Assembly (NCBI GenBank): GCA_050084985.1
Contig: JBITNC010000001.1
Coordinates: 190,898,001 to 190,962,000 of the forward strand
Direction of reading: 5' to 3'
Length of the DNA stretch: 64,000 nt
Source of the DNA: Nageia nagi
Lineage: Eukaryota > Plantae > Pinophyta
Shown: positions 51,401-64,000 of the stretch, one piece after another
How positions within the stretch are numbered: the first letter of the stretch is position 1
How the letters are laid out: each line of letters begins with the position of its first letter
Translations under genes and position numbers: made by a program
The notes under the pieces: generated by a model
Seen by the model: the letters and a program-made list of their open reading frames with translations, nothing else
The model's database searches: none
What the model was told of the DNA's origin: nothing

Positions 51401-52976
51401 CTAAGCATAAAAGATCCTCTATTTTTACTTAACAAAGAAGAAGTAAATATATTTCCTCTTAAAAAAATAACAATATGTAAACATGTGTACTTTTTTTAAA
51501 AAAATTCCCTTTATATTTTCCTCATTTTCTAAAAAAAAAAAAAAAGAAAAAAAGAGAGAGCAAGTAATGATGATATTTTAAATGCAATTTATGATGGGCA
51601 AGTGCATCAATACAATGCATTGAATTTGGAGTATATGCTTTGCAAAATATTTAATGCATCTAGGTGTATTAAAGATGCCCCACTCCTTAAAAAAATGTAC
51701 AAGTAATCATAAAAAAAACTCAAACAAGAAAGATATTAAAGGAAGGTCCAAAGGGTATCTATTGAACAACAAAAAAAAGAAACTAGGAAAACACTTGCTC
51801 ATTGTCGAGCTCAGAATGGTCAAAATAAAAAGAAGGCAAGCCAAAAATGAGATGATGATCGGTAGTGAGGGAGGAAAGAGGAGGATATAAGATAGGAAAA
51901 AAAGTCATGTATCTGGTAATGGAGAGGGGTTACGAAGTTGGCAAAGGAAAGGGGCTATGTGGTGGAGATTGAGCAGTAGGGGCTTAGAGAAGGAGCCAAG
52001 TGGGTCACAAGAGTAGGTAGATGTATCCATAGCATCACCTCTAATTCCAATCCACCTCATTGTTTCTTGCTCAACCTAATTGCAAAGGGTATCCTAGAGA
52101 GAGAAAGGTGTAAGAAGAAAATAAATAATATATAATGTTGAATTTTGAAGGAGAGAGAATAAGATGGTTGAACACAATGTAATGCATAGACACACAAGTT
52201 GAGGGAGAAATGCATAGGTTGTTGTGGGTTTTTGAAGACTCCATGTGCTATAGCTAGTACCTTGAGAGTAGAGTGGAGGAGTGGTTGAGCCCTAGTGTGA
52301 AGAAGATAAGGGGAGATGTGTTGAAATTTTGGGGAAGCAAGATGGCAGAGCAACCACATTGGGGTTGACCATCGATGTTCATCCTCCCAACAAATTTAAA
52401 AAAAAAATTATATGTATTCATAAAAAAATAAAAATTATTTTATGTATTTAAAAAACTTTGCAAATAGACTAAATTACCCTTCCTCTTTTGTTTAAAAATT
52501 GCAAATACATCCTTTAAAAAAAAAAATTATTAAGTATTTCAATTTGTACACTAACTTTTTTTGAAAAAAAAATGGTAAAATTAAAAAATGCATCCCCAAA
52601 AAAATAGTTAGTATTTTTTTTTTCAAATTGCATCATATTTCTTAATTTTAAACTTATTTTGTAATATTACATTTGTAATATTACACAAATTTTGTATAAT
52701 AATCCCTTCTCTTAAAAATGATTGTAGCAATTAGGAAAAAATTGCAAGTAACATAGAAGGTTAGCATTAACTAATTTTTTTGCAATTTTGTTAGCCATAT
52801 CATGCTCTCATAGCAAATAATATGTTGGTAACATGATTCAATAAACAAAAAATAATAATCAAGAGGGAAGGAGTTTATACCTTCCCTTAGTTTTACCTCA
52901 ATAATGAAATGAAGAGATGAGGTGTAGAATGAGGAATGAAAATCACCAAGTTGTAGAAGAAGAGCCTCAACACTAA

Positions 52977-52988
52977 GTTTTGATACCT
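52977..52988 (-). promoter_or_regulatory. Degenerate tRNA-iMet PBS
   Basis: Minus strand AGGTATCAAAAC versus TGGTATCAGAGC (9/12), two nt from the LTR. Confidence 0.75.
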
Positions 52989-52990
52989 AA

Positions 52991-53488
52991 TGAGAGAGTT
53001 GAACTATAAACTAAATAACTCTAAACTCCCAAGATCATATGAAAGCTCACAAATAACATCTAAATAACTCACAAATCAATCTCACAAAGATAACTCAAGA
53101 TGTAAGTGGTTCCTCCAACTAGGAGTATATCCACTAACTAGATCTCAGTTATTAACAAATATGAACTCTTACAATCCTTCTAAACTCAACTCCTAAACTC
53201 TATCCACTAGCTTAACTTTACTCCACAATTTGGTTTATAGTAACAAAGAGGAATCCTTCTATTTATAGGCCAATATCCCTCTTTGGATCACCCTTTTACC
53301 TAATGTACAAAGGCATGACATGCACTCCTTTTTACCCAAGGGTCATGCTCATGACATGGAGTGTAGGACAAGTTACATTATCATATTCACTTAAATACTT
53401 AAAGCATTTAATGATACCCTTAAATATTGGTGAATTTACAAAGAGGATTAATACAAACCTTTACAATAATGAATTATACATTCCAACA
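52991..53488 (-). repeat. 5' LTR of the minus-strand copia (498 bp)
   Basis: About 41 mismatches to 44913-45410 by manual count. Confidence 0.95.
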
Positions 53489-54900
53489 CAAACCAAGAAA
53501 TATTTGTACAAAATAAGATAATAAAAAGAATAGAAAATGAAATATTATATTTTTATGAATGTTTTACTTGCATGTTATTCACAATTTGCAGTAAATCTCA
53601 ATTATGAATTTTAATAAATCTTTCAAATTTAGAAAATTTAAGACCTTTTTTGATAGTAGGTAGAATGATATGGTATCAATTTTATTAGTAATAAATTTAA
53701 GTTTCTAATAAAATTCTTGTATCCTAATAAGTAAATTTGAAACACAAATATTCAAATTGCATTCCTCACCTACAAGTTGAATTCCATGAAAAAGGGTCAA
53801 GGCTTTGTTCATATATCTACATTGGACATAATAAGATATCATATATAAATCTTCTAAGCATTTTATTAAATAATAGCCTAGAAGGTTCATATTTGGCATA
53901 CATATGGATATTCTTCTATTAGATAAAAATCATTATACTACATTAAACAACTTATAAAGGCATGTCATATAAAAGATCTAAGATCACAAAAATATGTTCA
54001 CTTTAGACATATCTTGTAGTCATTATTGTCCATAAAAGTACACTTCCTTTTGGAATCTCATAGAGAATTATAGAAAATAAGAAGACAATTTTGAATTAAA
54101 CTTATTCCTTCAATTTTCTATAAAAAATAACAATCTTTGGTTTGTTTAAGTTACCTAAATGACATGTCCATTTATTTAGATTCATGAAATATGAGTTAGA
54201 TACTATTATTGTTCATCAACTCAAATTCAAAAAGTTATATTGAAATACCATTTTGATACATTCAAGAAATCAAGAGTTATAGTAAGATACATTAGAAAAA
54301 TAAAATTAAATTGAAAAAATATTCTATTTATCTTTGATACTATTTGACATATACTACTAGACTCCATCAAAGTTTTAGAAAACTTAATAGAACTAGAATT
54401 TATCTATGCAATTAGGGAAAAATGTCTACCAACAAGTATTAAGATTATGGTATCCTCTCCTTGGATCCACTAACCACTCCCAATTAGTATTGCAATACAT
54501 AATCCATTATCCATCCCATACAAAACAACATAAAGTGGATTGAAAATTGGATTAAATATATCTATCCCTTGCTCTTTAGAGAATTTTATATCAAGAAAAA
54601 ATCTAATTTGAATATCAATATGGAGGTAAATATTGTATACATGTATTAATAGTTCACCCAAGCTCTAGCTTTTAGAACTTGATTTCATACCATGTTGTAA
54701 ATAAGAGTACTATCCTTAAATATTACTAAATGCAAAATAATAAAGGTGATAAGTGTGTTGATTTGTAATACACTTGTTGACCAATTCCATCAATTAAGTT
54801 ATTTACATATGCTTTGTAACAATTATGTGAATGATCATGACTTTTATTTTAACCCTTGTAATTACCATCTTCAAAATATAAATTATTCTTCATTCCAAAA
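53489..54900 (-). pseudogene. PLS PPR pseudogene, 5' part (continues 43030-44912 across the copia insertion)
   Basis: Minus strand YAKYEPSRLLFNKM then MISYYVQCRYMNKALTLFHGIQLVG (~53740-53900); LQHGMKS (~54690). Same strand as the 3' part. Confidence 0.7.
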
Positions 54901-54997
54901 TATATTTTAACCAAATAACAACTACAAAATGAACATCAACCATAAAATCATGTTAATTCCATGTAGCATGTTAATACATTAGAGTTATGGTTCAAAC

Positions 54998-55340
54998 GAT
55001 ATGTATAACATGGGTTTTTTGATAATCCTTACAAATATACATAAAATAGATTTTTTAAAATGCACAAAATAGATTATTTGAAATACACAAGATAGTAAAA
55101 TATTCCAAAGCATAGATAATTTCCTTTTTGAAAATGGTTTTTTTGACAACATTCAAAGGATATGCACAAAATGAGTTTTCTAATAACCCTTGCAAATATT
55201 CATAAAATGGGTTTCCTAAAAATGGTCGAATGATAGACACAAAATGGTTTTTTTGATACACCTTGTAAATAAATATATACAAAATTAGGTGTTTTGAAAT
55301 GTACAAAATGTGTTTTATTAAATGCACAAGATGGTGGTTC
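54998..55340 (+). repeat. Degenerate tandem array of a PPR-derived motif (GYAQNGF..)
   Basis: About 11 copies of a TGCACAAAATGGGTTTT-like core; best copy GGATATGCACAAAATGAGTTT (GYAQNEF) at 55158; spacings mostly ~23 or ~36-37 nt. Confidence 0.7.
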
Positions 55341-56479
55341 TAAAGTTTACTTGAGGCCCAATTTCACCTTTCTGATAAGACCATAATGAAGGGAATGAGC
55401 AACCTCAAATAAACATTCAAACAATATAAAATCATGTTTTAACCTATTGATTAATTTAGGTCAAATACTTGGTGCATTACAAATAAGTTAATATAAGAAA
55501 ATTAGGATGAATTACACATAAGTTAATATAAAAGGGTGCTTTATCCATGTAAATATGAATGTCGTTTAATATAAAATCATATTTTAGGTAACAAAGACCA
55601 TATAGATGTAAGAGATATTTAAAGGGGAAAAAGAAATATCATAATCAATGTAATTGGTACTAATATCAAGAAAAGCATCCCAAGCTATGCAATTCATGTA
55701 TATATCAAGAAGAAATATGCTTAGCTAAGAATATCAAGAGATAAAGACTCACTATTAGATAATCAAATATTAGATAGGTTGACTTATGATTGTTCCATCA
55801 TATGAATAGCAATACTGTTTTGCAACACTACATAACTAAGTATATGTTGTCTTCTCTTTCCATTAATATCATATTTATTAAATTCATTTCCATTATAATT
55901 AGGATTAGAGGTATTAATGCCATGCAAGGGTTGATTTTAGGGCATGCATACCATGATTTTTGATCTACAAAGCCTCAAATTTGGAAGATGACTTCATCTC
56001 TATGAATCACCTTAGATTTAATGAAGATAACATCTGATCTCATCTTATAATTGTATACATTTATATATTTATCTTCATAATACCTCATTTGATACTTGGT
56101 AGCATAATAGTATTTTGTCTTACCATAATTCATTATTCGATGATTACATTTTGGTGAACTCAACTAATCGATAGGTTTTTCCATTGCAAGAAAGATCTTG
56201 CGTAAATTTGTGAATAGATCTATGTCATAAACATTGTGTGTTATCTTCGTATGCTAAATTGATTCCATTTAAATTGATACTACATTATATCTCATGGCCC
56301 TTTTGATATCCACGATGCCTAAGATTATAAAAATAGTTGAACAAGGAATTGCAAGATATATTAAGTACGTGTATGTATGTTCTACTTAAGATCCTTCTCT
56401 AGATGAGTTGGTTTATAATATTTCTAAACTTGATACACATCTAAAATCCCAATGGAAGTAATAAGATTATCAAGGTGTA

Positions 56480-56760
56480 TTCACTTCACCCATGTTAGAG
56501 GAGATCCTCAACTTTTTCCTACCACTCAATTTTAAGACGCCCAAGTTTGAGATGCTCAATGATGGTCATGACCCAAAATAACATCTTGTGAGCTTTCAAG
56601 AGGAGTGATTTATGAATTTTATAAATGAAGAGAATTTGATGACAAAATTTCTCCTAAGGATTCTAAAGGGATATGTTAGTCAATGGTTGTATAAGTTGTC
56701 ACTCAATTGTATTGATTCATTCAAGTCCCTCATCAAAATATTTATACAAACATAATATCA
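56480..56760 (+). mobile_element. Tat/Ogre-like gypsy gag remnant
   Basis: LPLNFKTPKFEMLNDGHDPK*HL and LKGYVSQWLYKLSLNCIDSF, retrotransposon gag motifs. Confidence 0.65.
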
Positions 56761-59033
56761 AGAAGAAGTGAATAGTCTATAGGTTTGAAAAATAGGAAAT
56801 TATAGTAATTAAATAATAAATACAATCCCAAATCCACCTATAACTAAATGACCAAAGATAAACATTAATGGAAATAAATGATATTCAATATGGAATAAGA
56901 TAATGCCTATCAAGATGAAGATTTAAACACTTACCTATTGTACTTACTTATTATGGATGAATAGAACCAAGATATGAATGAAGGATGACCATATGAAGAT
57001 ACCATATATAAATTATAGCTCATAAATCCATCAAATATGGATGGTTATCAGTATTCCTATATAAAAATAAACCATTATCGATCCTTGAATAGGCCATCAA
57101 TTATCCTATTTTGGAGGAATCCAAAATCTTGATCAAACTTGTTGCCTTGCAAGCTTGCAAGAATATCATATTGTAAAAAACAATAATATGATAGCTCAAA
57201 TAAGATAGTTAGAGTATCCAAATTCCAATCTTGATAATATAGTGTTGAAGAACACTTAGAAGGAAACATGCTACTATTAAGCTCAAAATATGTTACCTAG
57301 ATATATCTTGATAGTGAAGTTATGTGGATCTTGGTTATGTAGGAAACTTGATGATGTAACCCACTCCTTGGGCTGGATCCCACATATTAGGCCTCATATT
57401 ATCTACAAATAAGACACACATTAGTCCACTATTATAGATTATGATGATTATAATATTGATAATAAAGAAATAACTTGATAATAACTATATATGAAAAAAA
57501 TGTTTGCATATAGTTTGTAAATAAGTTTTGTATCATAGTCACTTTTATCCTTCAAAATATCCATAGATCATTGAAATAGAATATAAATATCCAAGTTGAT
57601 CACCTTCGAATTGTTGAGATTCATTTAGGAGAAGATACAATCTAAAAAAATAGCCCAAGGGTGGGAATGATATCATCTAGATCTACAAGAGCCTAAAATA
57701 TATTGAATTTGAGAAGTATAAAGAGATGATATTAGCACTTAAGTAGTTAACAATTGGTGGATGATAAGATCACCAAAAAAGTCTAAATATGGGAATGAAA
57801 TCATCTCAATATGAAGGATTGATAAAATATTCTATATTGGTAATGCAATGAAGGTGATATCAACATCAAAATCATCATCTATTAATGGAAATAAATAAAG
57901 AAAAAGATGATTAAAAGTGTACAAACATCAAGAATGACATCAATAGGATCAAATACAGTCCAAAATAGTGTAAATATAGTGGATAAGAATAGATGACATC
58001 ACAAAGCATAAAAAACCAATAATCATCCTCTTGATGATGATTTCCAAGAGAAAAGAATCACTGAAATATTCATCCAAAGGGTCAAGATATAATTTAATAA
58101 TAATAGTACCACACTAGTGCAAATTAGTCTAGTTTATCTAATGGCTAGTATTTTTAACCACATGTGTGCAATCTCGAGAAGATACCAAAGGCCCAAGAGT
58201 TTAGTTAACTTGTCCAACAAAGGATCCTAGGAATATTTTTCAAGCAAGAACTAGGTTACAACATCAATATTCAAGGGATTGAAATACTCACAAAAGACAA
58301 CCAAATTGTCTTTACCAAGAAAGTTGTATAAAGGGAATAATACAGTATTCCAAAAAAATCTCTTTATTTAATGGTAGTTCTTTTGAATGTAATCAATTGA
58401 TTTCCATTAGCTTAAGTTTAGTAGTAGTTGGAAGTTTATATGTTTATGAGTTTGAGCCTATAAATATAGGTGAATTGAATTTAATTAAGGTAAAAAAATT
58501 TAAGTATTTTCCCTATATAATGTTGCTAAAGTTCCTTTCTAAATACAAGTATGATATATTTTCCCTTTTTCAATTTGTTTCATCATGTATGCACTTAAAC
58601 ATTTATGTATGCTTTAGTGTATACTTCATGACTTCATGGATCTATGTTGAATTAGTGGTTGTTTTAGTCATATTTGGATAGGATTTCTTATGTAGATGAT
58701 ATTTTTTTATGATAATTAACTTGTTTATCCTTCCAATTGTTCCACTTAGGAAGCTTGCACTAGTGAATGATATTCATTTATTCACTTTCCTACACTCTAA
58801 TATTTTATCACTTTCTAGCACTCTACTCTTTTGTTCCTTTCAACACTCTACTCTCTATTAGATAATGTAGAAGATCTCCCCTTAAGGAGAGTTTGATCCA
58901 ATGCCCAATAGATAAGGTATTGAATTTTAATGTAGAGGTTGAGATTTAAAAACTATTTCATCTTCAGTAATGTGATTGATTGTGATTTGCATGTCCTAAA
59001 ACATTACATAATCTTGATCAATAATGATTTTTT

Positions 59034-62000
59034 TAGCATGCCTAGTTGGACCAAACCCACCCATTTTCAAGAACTATAAGATCCTTATTAATCTTACTGG
59101 TGACTCTACTGAAACAAGGTTAATTGTATGATCAATGATCATCCATATAAAACTAGTATTGGGAAAGAATTAAATATAAAAATATAGTTTTTCCTGAGTG
59201 CAAATTAAGTTCATGTTTACAAGATCTCAGGATAAGTCAAACAAGAATCTTCTTGAGTTCTAGGAACTTGATCTAAAAGGGAAGAAATCCATGAGAATGA
59301 TTAAGTATTTGATGGATATTTTTGTTCTAGAAAAATCCCTTGCTTGAAATTTACTACTTGTATTCAATGCAACAACAAAAATGGCTACTCTAGCACCAAT
59401 GCTGATCTATCTAGAATGGAATATAACTAGTTCCTTGAATCTAAAAAATCCAATGGCTATTCCATCAAATTATCTAAAGTATCTTCCCAACTATGATGGT
59501 ATTATAAACATGACTTATGAGCATTATCTTAATGTAATTTACATGGGAAAGACACATACCATCATTGAAGAAAATGTATTGATGAGGCTCCTAGCCTAAT
59601 CCTTTAAAGGAAAGATAGTAGATTGGTATCATTTTATACCAAATGAATCCATTACCTCATGGAGATATCTCGATGAGCCCTTTATCAAGGAATTTAAAGA
59701 AACTAGATATTATTATTCATTATTCATATAGTTCACTACTATCTAGAAGTATCCATAAGAATCAATTATAGATTTCAACATCCAATTTGATAAGACTTGA
59801 AGTCAAATTACAACTTAGCTAAAACCCCTAATGTCCATTGCATATATGTATTTCCTATGAGAATTTACACCCAACCTAGTGTTGAAGATTGATATAGCTA
59901 GGAAAAAAATATTCTTGGAGTTATATCAAGCATCAAATATAGCTAAGGCCTCACTTATCACTATAAAAAAACTCCCAATTAGGGTCACATCTCCTTTTAT
60001 GTCATATGTTATGCTTTCAAAGGAAATCCATCATCTGGATTCATATGCTCCTATCCTAGTAGAGTTACTTAGAGCTCAATTGTTCATTAAGAATTTTAAA
60101 AACTCAAGAATATCAAGTCAACCACCAACCCCCAATTCTATATTAGCTTTGCCTGTGTCTAATGTTCCTCTTGCATTGCTTGAAACCCCTATAAATTCTC
60201 AACTTCAAGGGGAGAGTTCCATGCAAATGGAGATCGATGAACTTAATGCCATGCTCTGCAGCTTTGTTAATCAAGTCACCACCCTAAAAAGTAACAAAAG
60301 ATTTGATAGAGGAAAATAAATATGATTTCCATATGATACAAAAGAACATATGTTGGAGAAGAAAGAGGAAGACCAAGTACACATGTGTCTAGAGGTCCCA
60401 AACATACAAGGGGATAATTGGTGTATAACTTACAATGAACTTCATGTACAAGAATCATGCCTTACATATAAATATGAATTATAGCTAATATATGAAAAAG
60501 GATTTACATACTAGTGCATGAACACTAAAGCATCGAAACTAAAATTTGTAAATATCATCCCTATTGATGTTGGCATGCTTGTTATCAAGAAAAAAAGTTA
60601 TAAGAAACATTACAAAGGGATCTTATATACTCTTAAATCCTCTTCAAGATCATCCCTTCCAAAAGTAGATTCTCAAATTTCCTCAAAATGAAAATTTGTG
60701 TAGGTAATCAAAGAATTGATTAAACATAAAGCTTTGAATACCATCGAGAATAGTGAGACCAATACAAATAAGAATAGTCAACAACTCATCAATAAAAGAG
60801 AGAAGGCTACAAGAACCTTCTGGTTCCCATTGTTGACCCAAGCCCATAGAGAGGAACAAGATCAACATTTTAAAAATAGTTTCCTATATAATAAAGGGAG
60901 GCTTGTGACCTTGATTCCTTATAATATTATTGATGAATTGAAATAACCCCCCTCCCCAGTTTCACTATTTTGTGCATTGCAAATACCTAGAAAAGTTAAT
61001 TTTCTTAAAGCAACATTAGCTACTTCAATCAAAGGTGTGGATTAGTCAAATTACATTTTTAAGGTGGCTACTAAATTACAAAGAATGGGTAAGATCAAAC
61101 CTACACATTTCAACCACCATCATACCAAAGAAGATCATAGATGTGATGCATCTAAAGTACATGAGGAATTTAAATAGTGTATTGTAGTCAAATGGAACTA
61201 ATATAAAAATGATTGGAGTGGTTAAGGATGTAGGAATTAAACTACATAAGTGTATAGAAATATTAATGATCCAAGAAATCATTGTAGTATACCTACCTCC
61301 CCTATTTGACATATGCTTATCTATATAATTTAAGGCCAAACTTGGGGGCTATCAAGACATGGATTACTCACATGTCATTGTCCCATGTAAAGATGAAAGA
61401 TTGAAAATATTTAATAAGTCCACATCACCCTTGCATGTAGAAAAAATGAACTATGTTAATATGATCTACTAGGGAACAAAAGAGCTAAATGAACTTATCA
61501 AGGATTTGCACCTTGAAGATGAGAATACCATGAATTTCCTAAACTTAGTGGAAGAGGTTGACCCTAGTAACTATATCATCATTAAACCAAACACTTCGGT
61601 ACCATCCCTTACAAAACATCAACTAAAGGGATCCAAAGTTTGGGATATGAATTTTAATAAAGTATGATCCAAGATTGTAGTAGGGGCTGAAATTATCCTA
61701 AGATCTCCTATATAAGGGACAAAGAAATTTGCATTTTGATTCTTATGGAGCCACACCAATAATATGGTTGAATATGAGGTTTTATGCCTAGGATTAGAGC
61801 AAATAGCTAAAATGGGAGTTCAATGCATATGAATCTTAGGAGACTCTAAATTAGTAATAAATCAAGTTACAAATAAGTTTTCAGATAAAAATCATTACCT
61901 AAAGACATATAAAAATAAATTATGAGATTTGTTTGAAAGTTTCTTTGCAATCAACTATGCAGTCATGCCTTGATGCATTAGCCCATAAAGGTTTCAAATT

Positions 62001-62975
62001 TGACCCAACACAATACCATTTCAAGCAAAAAGGGATGAAAGTAATATATAAACCTTCAATCCTACACAATGAGTACTTTTGGTAAGTTTTCAATGATGAT
62101 CAACACATCAACAAGTCTTTGATCAAATAACTCCTATATTGGAATTCCTAGGCCATTGAAGAATCATTTAGAGAACAAGATATAATACAATTGCAAACTA
62201 ATGCACTAACCAAACGAGTTCTCTCTTTTGAAAAGATCTTCTACCAAGAAGGTAATACAAGGTGGAGATGACTTATCATTGAAGAAAAGAACTTTTTGGA
62301 CATGGAAATAGCCCCAAGTAAGGTTATGAAAATTGGTAAACAAAATAATCCAAAGTAAGTCAAGAAGATCATAGAGCTATGTTAAGATTTTTTTGAGATC
62401 ATAGCCAACTCTCATGATGATCTAAAAGTCTAAAATAAGTAATTAATTGAGCACACCATTGAGCTATATATGATGCTAAGCCAATATGAGAAAAACAAAT
62501 ACCAATGAATCTTATGATAAAAAAAAAACTATGAAGCAAGAAGTGTTAAAGCTTTTTATTGCTGACATCATCTACCTAATTAAACATTAAACTTGGTTGA
62601 TGAATTGGGTACCAGTAAGGAAGAAAAATGGGGATATAAGGCTCTATGTGAATTTTTAAAACCTAAGTAAACATTCTTCAAAAGATACCTACCCTTTGTC
62701 ATCAATAGAGCAGATTCTACACACCATCATAGGAGCCAAGCACTTATCACTAATTGATGGTTTATATGGGTATAATTAGGTTTGGGTGAAGGATGTAAAT
62801 CAATGCAAAATGATGTTTACCACCCAATGGGGAACATTTTCTTTTTAAAGTATGATTTTTAATCTATCCAATGCCAGAGATACCTTTCAAAGGGAAATGG
62901 ATCATGCTTTTAGAGAAATAGTAAATAAGACCATCTTGATCAATCTAGATGATATCACCATATTCTATAAAAAGG
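59034..62975 (+). mobile_element. Truncated Tat-clade gypsy element: PBS - gag - protease region - additional RNase H - RT
   Basis: PBS TAGCATGCCTAGTTGGAC (14/18 to the tRNA-Arg-type TGGCACGCCCAGTGGGAC); gag LKYLPNYDG..ENVLMRLL..SFKG..WY..ESITSW; aRH WDMNF..TNNMVEYEVLCLGL..GDSKLVINQV (~61640-61870); RT VPVRKKNGDIRL..FTTQWGTF..LDDITI (~62540-62965). Confidence 0.85.
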
Positions 62976-62979
62976 TAAA

Positions 62980-64000
62980 ATTCCATTCATTCATTATTTT
63001 CTACTCTTGAGGATTGCACATATACTGGCTATAGGCCTCACTTTGTATCAAGTTCATATGTTTCATGTATATTGCTTGTAATCTAATATAGAGTTGTTAT
63101 TCATTGTATTTGTCAACCAAAATTTATTTATTTATGTATTTATTTATTATTTACATATTTTTGGGTATACATTTTTGTGAACCTGAGATTCTTACACACC
63201 TAGGTCCTGACCTAGGGCATCCTTTTGAAAATTCATGAATCCATTCTTGTTATTGTTCATCCTCTTGCTTGAAGCTCTTTGGATAATAACTAAAGAAAAT
63301 TATAAAACTAGGGTCCGTTCTACCTATATTGAAAAAATGGATCTAAATGTAGGAAACCCTAAAGTATCTAAAGGGAGGGTTCATTTTAATAATGTCTAAA
63401 TAAGTATTAGGAACAATCCTAATCTACCTCTACAAGAACCTCATCCTAATGATCCTAGTGACTCTGAGTCTACAAGCTCTAGCAAGAAAATGGATATTAT
63501 TGGTAAAACATCAAATAGATTTGGTCCTAATATTAATCACTTTGAATTTGAAAATGTAGACTTGAATATTCATTCTAATGAAAGTAATGATGAGCTTTAT
63601 GAGTTAGATTGAATTCCTATTCATATTAAATTTATACAAGAAGTTGGAATATTTACTTACTCATAATGCTAAAATTGTTATTAATATTCTAACACATTAT
63701 GAGCTCTTAGAAGAAAACTATGTGATCTTGGAATTGTTAGATAGTTTGTTTTCATATGAATATACAGGTTTTGTGCAATGGAAAGTTCATACCATTGATT
63801 TGGATGTTACTAGCAACGTGGATTCTTGTCAACATGATGCTAAAGGTGTACCTAAGGCTGAGACAAATGTTCCTTCTAAAATCCCTACACAAACTACATG
63901 TGATGAAGCTGTAGATGGTAGTGGAATGGAATATGTTGATGAAGATTATGAATACCTCATCCTCAAACTTGATGACTTCAAAAGAGGTAAGTCTATTATA
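62980..64000 (+). mobile_element. Probable LTR 3' end and leader of another gypsy-like element
   Basis: RT similarity stops abruptly; GGGTATACA then TTTTTGTGAACC at ~63162-63183 resembles an LTR end plus PBS. No domain recognised. Confidence 0.3.

Larger units (their letters stand above)
44913..53488 (-). mobile_element. Full-length but degenerate Ty1/copia element, 8576 bp
   Basis: 498-bp LTRs at both ends, TSD TAAAC/CAAAC, PBS and PPT. Minus-strand gag (from ~50100; CKYCGIQGHKQVDC knuckle), protease WIGDSSCTNH, integrase FIDDFSR..LRSD..TPQQNG, RT LLYVDDLL, RNase H SWSSKKQ. Many stops. Confidence 0.95.

Noticed and set aside
59879-60319. 146-aa ORF as an independent gene
   Set aside because: It lies between gag core and protease of the Tat element, so it is residual gag.

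Overview
Eukaryotic plant nuclear DNA. It is most consistent with a gymnosperm/conifer-type genome; this is an inference from long TE-filled introns, the PLS-PPR wording and a Tat element with an extra RNase H upstream of RT. The one apparently intact host gene is the 3' part of a PANK2-type pantothenate kinase 2. Its last six exons (6586-19083, + strand) encode the C-terminal DUF89 phosphatase domain, and two introns appear to use GC-AG splice sites. The upstream intron holds a decayed hAT transposase, a gypsy pol fragment and a solo LTR with a perfect TSD. The fourth fully visible intron holds a young full-length Ty1/copia element (TSD GGTCC, LTRs about 98.5% identical), disabled by one stop codon and an integrase E-to-K change. 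The last intron, last exon and 3'UTR are tandemly duplicated. From about 21 kb onward the window is an AT-rich, CpG-poor graveyard. It contains LINE remnants, a second older copia element inserted into a PLS-E+ PPR pseudogene, Tat-like gypsy remnants, a minisatellite, a palindrome array, and two compact patches built from PPR-motif pieces. I found no well-supported novel system. The best leads are the PPR-motif arrays (possible small-RNA loci, unproven), the sense-oriented copia before the EGMGR exon of PANK2, and the duplicated terminal exon. Coordinates and mismatch counts were read by hand; ends of degraded elements are approximate.
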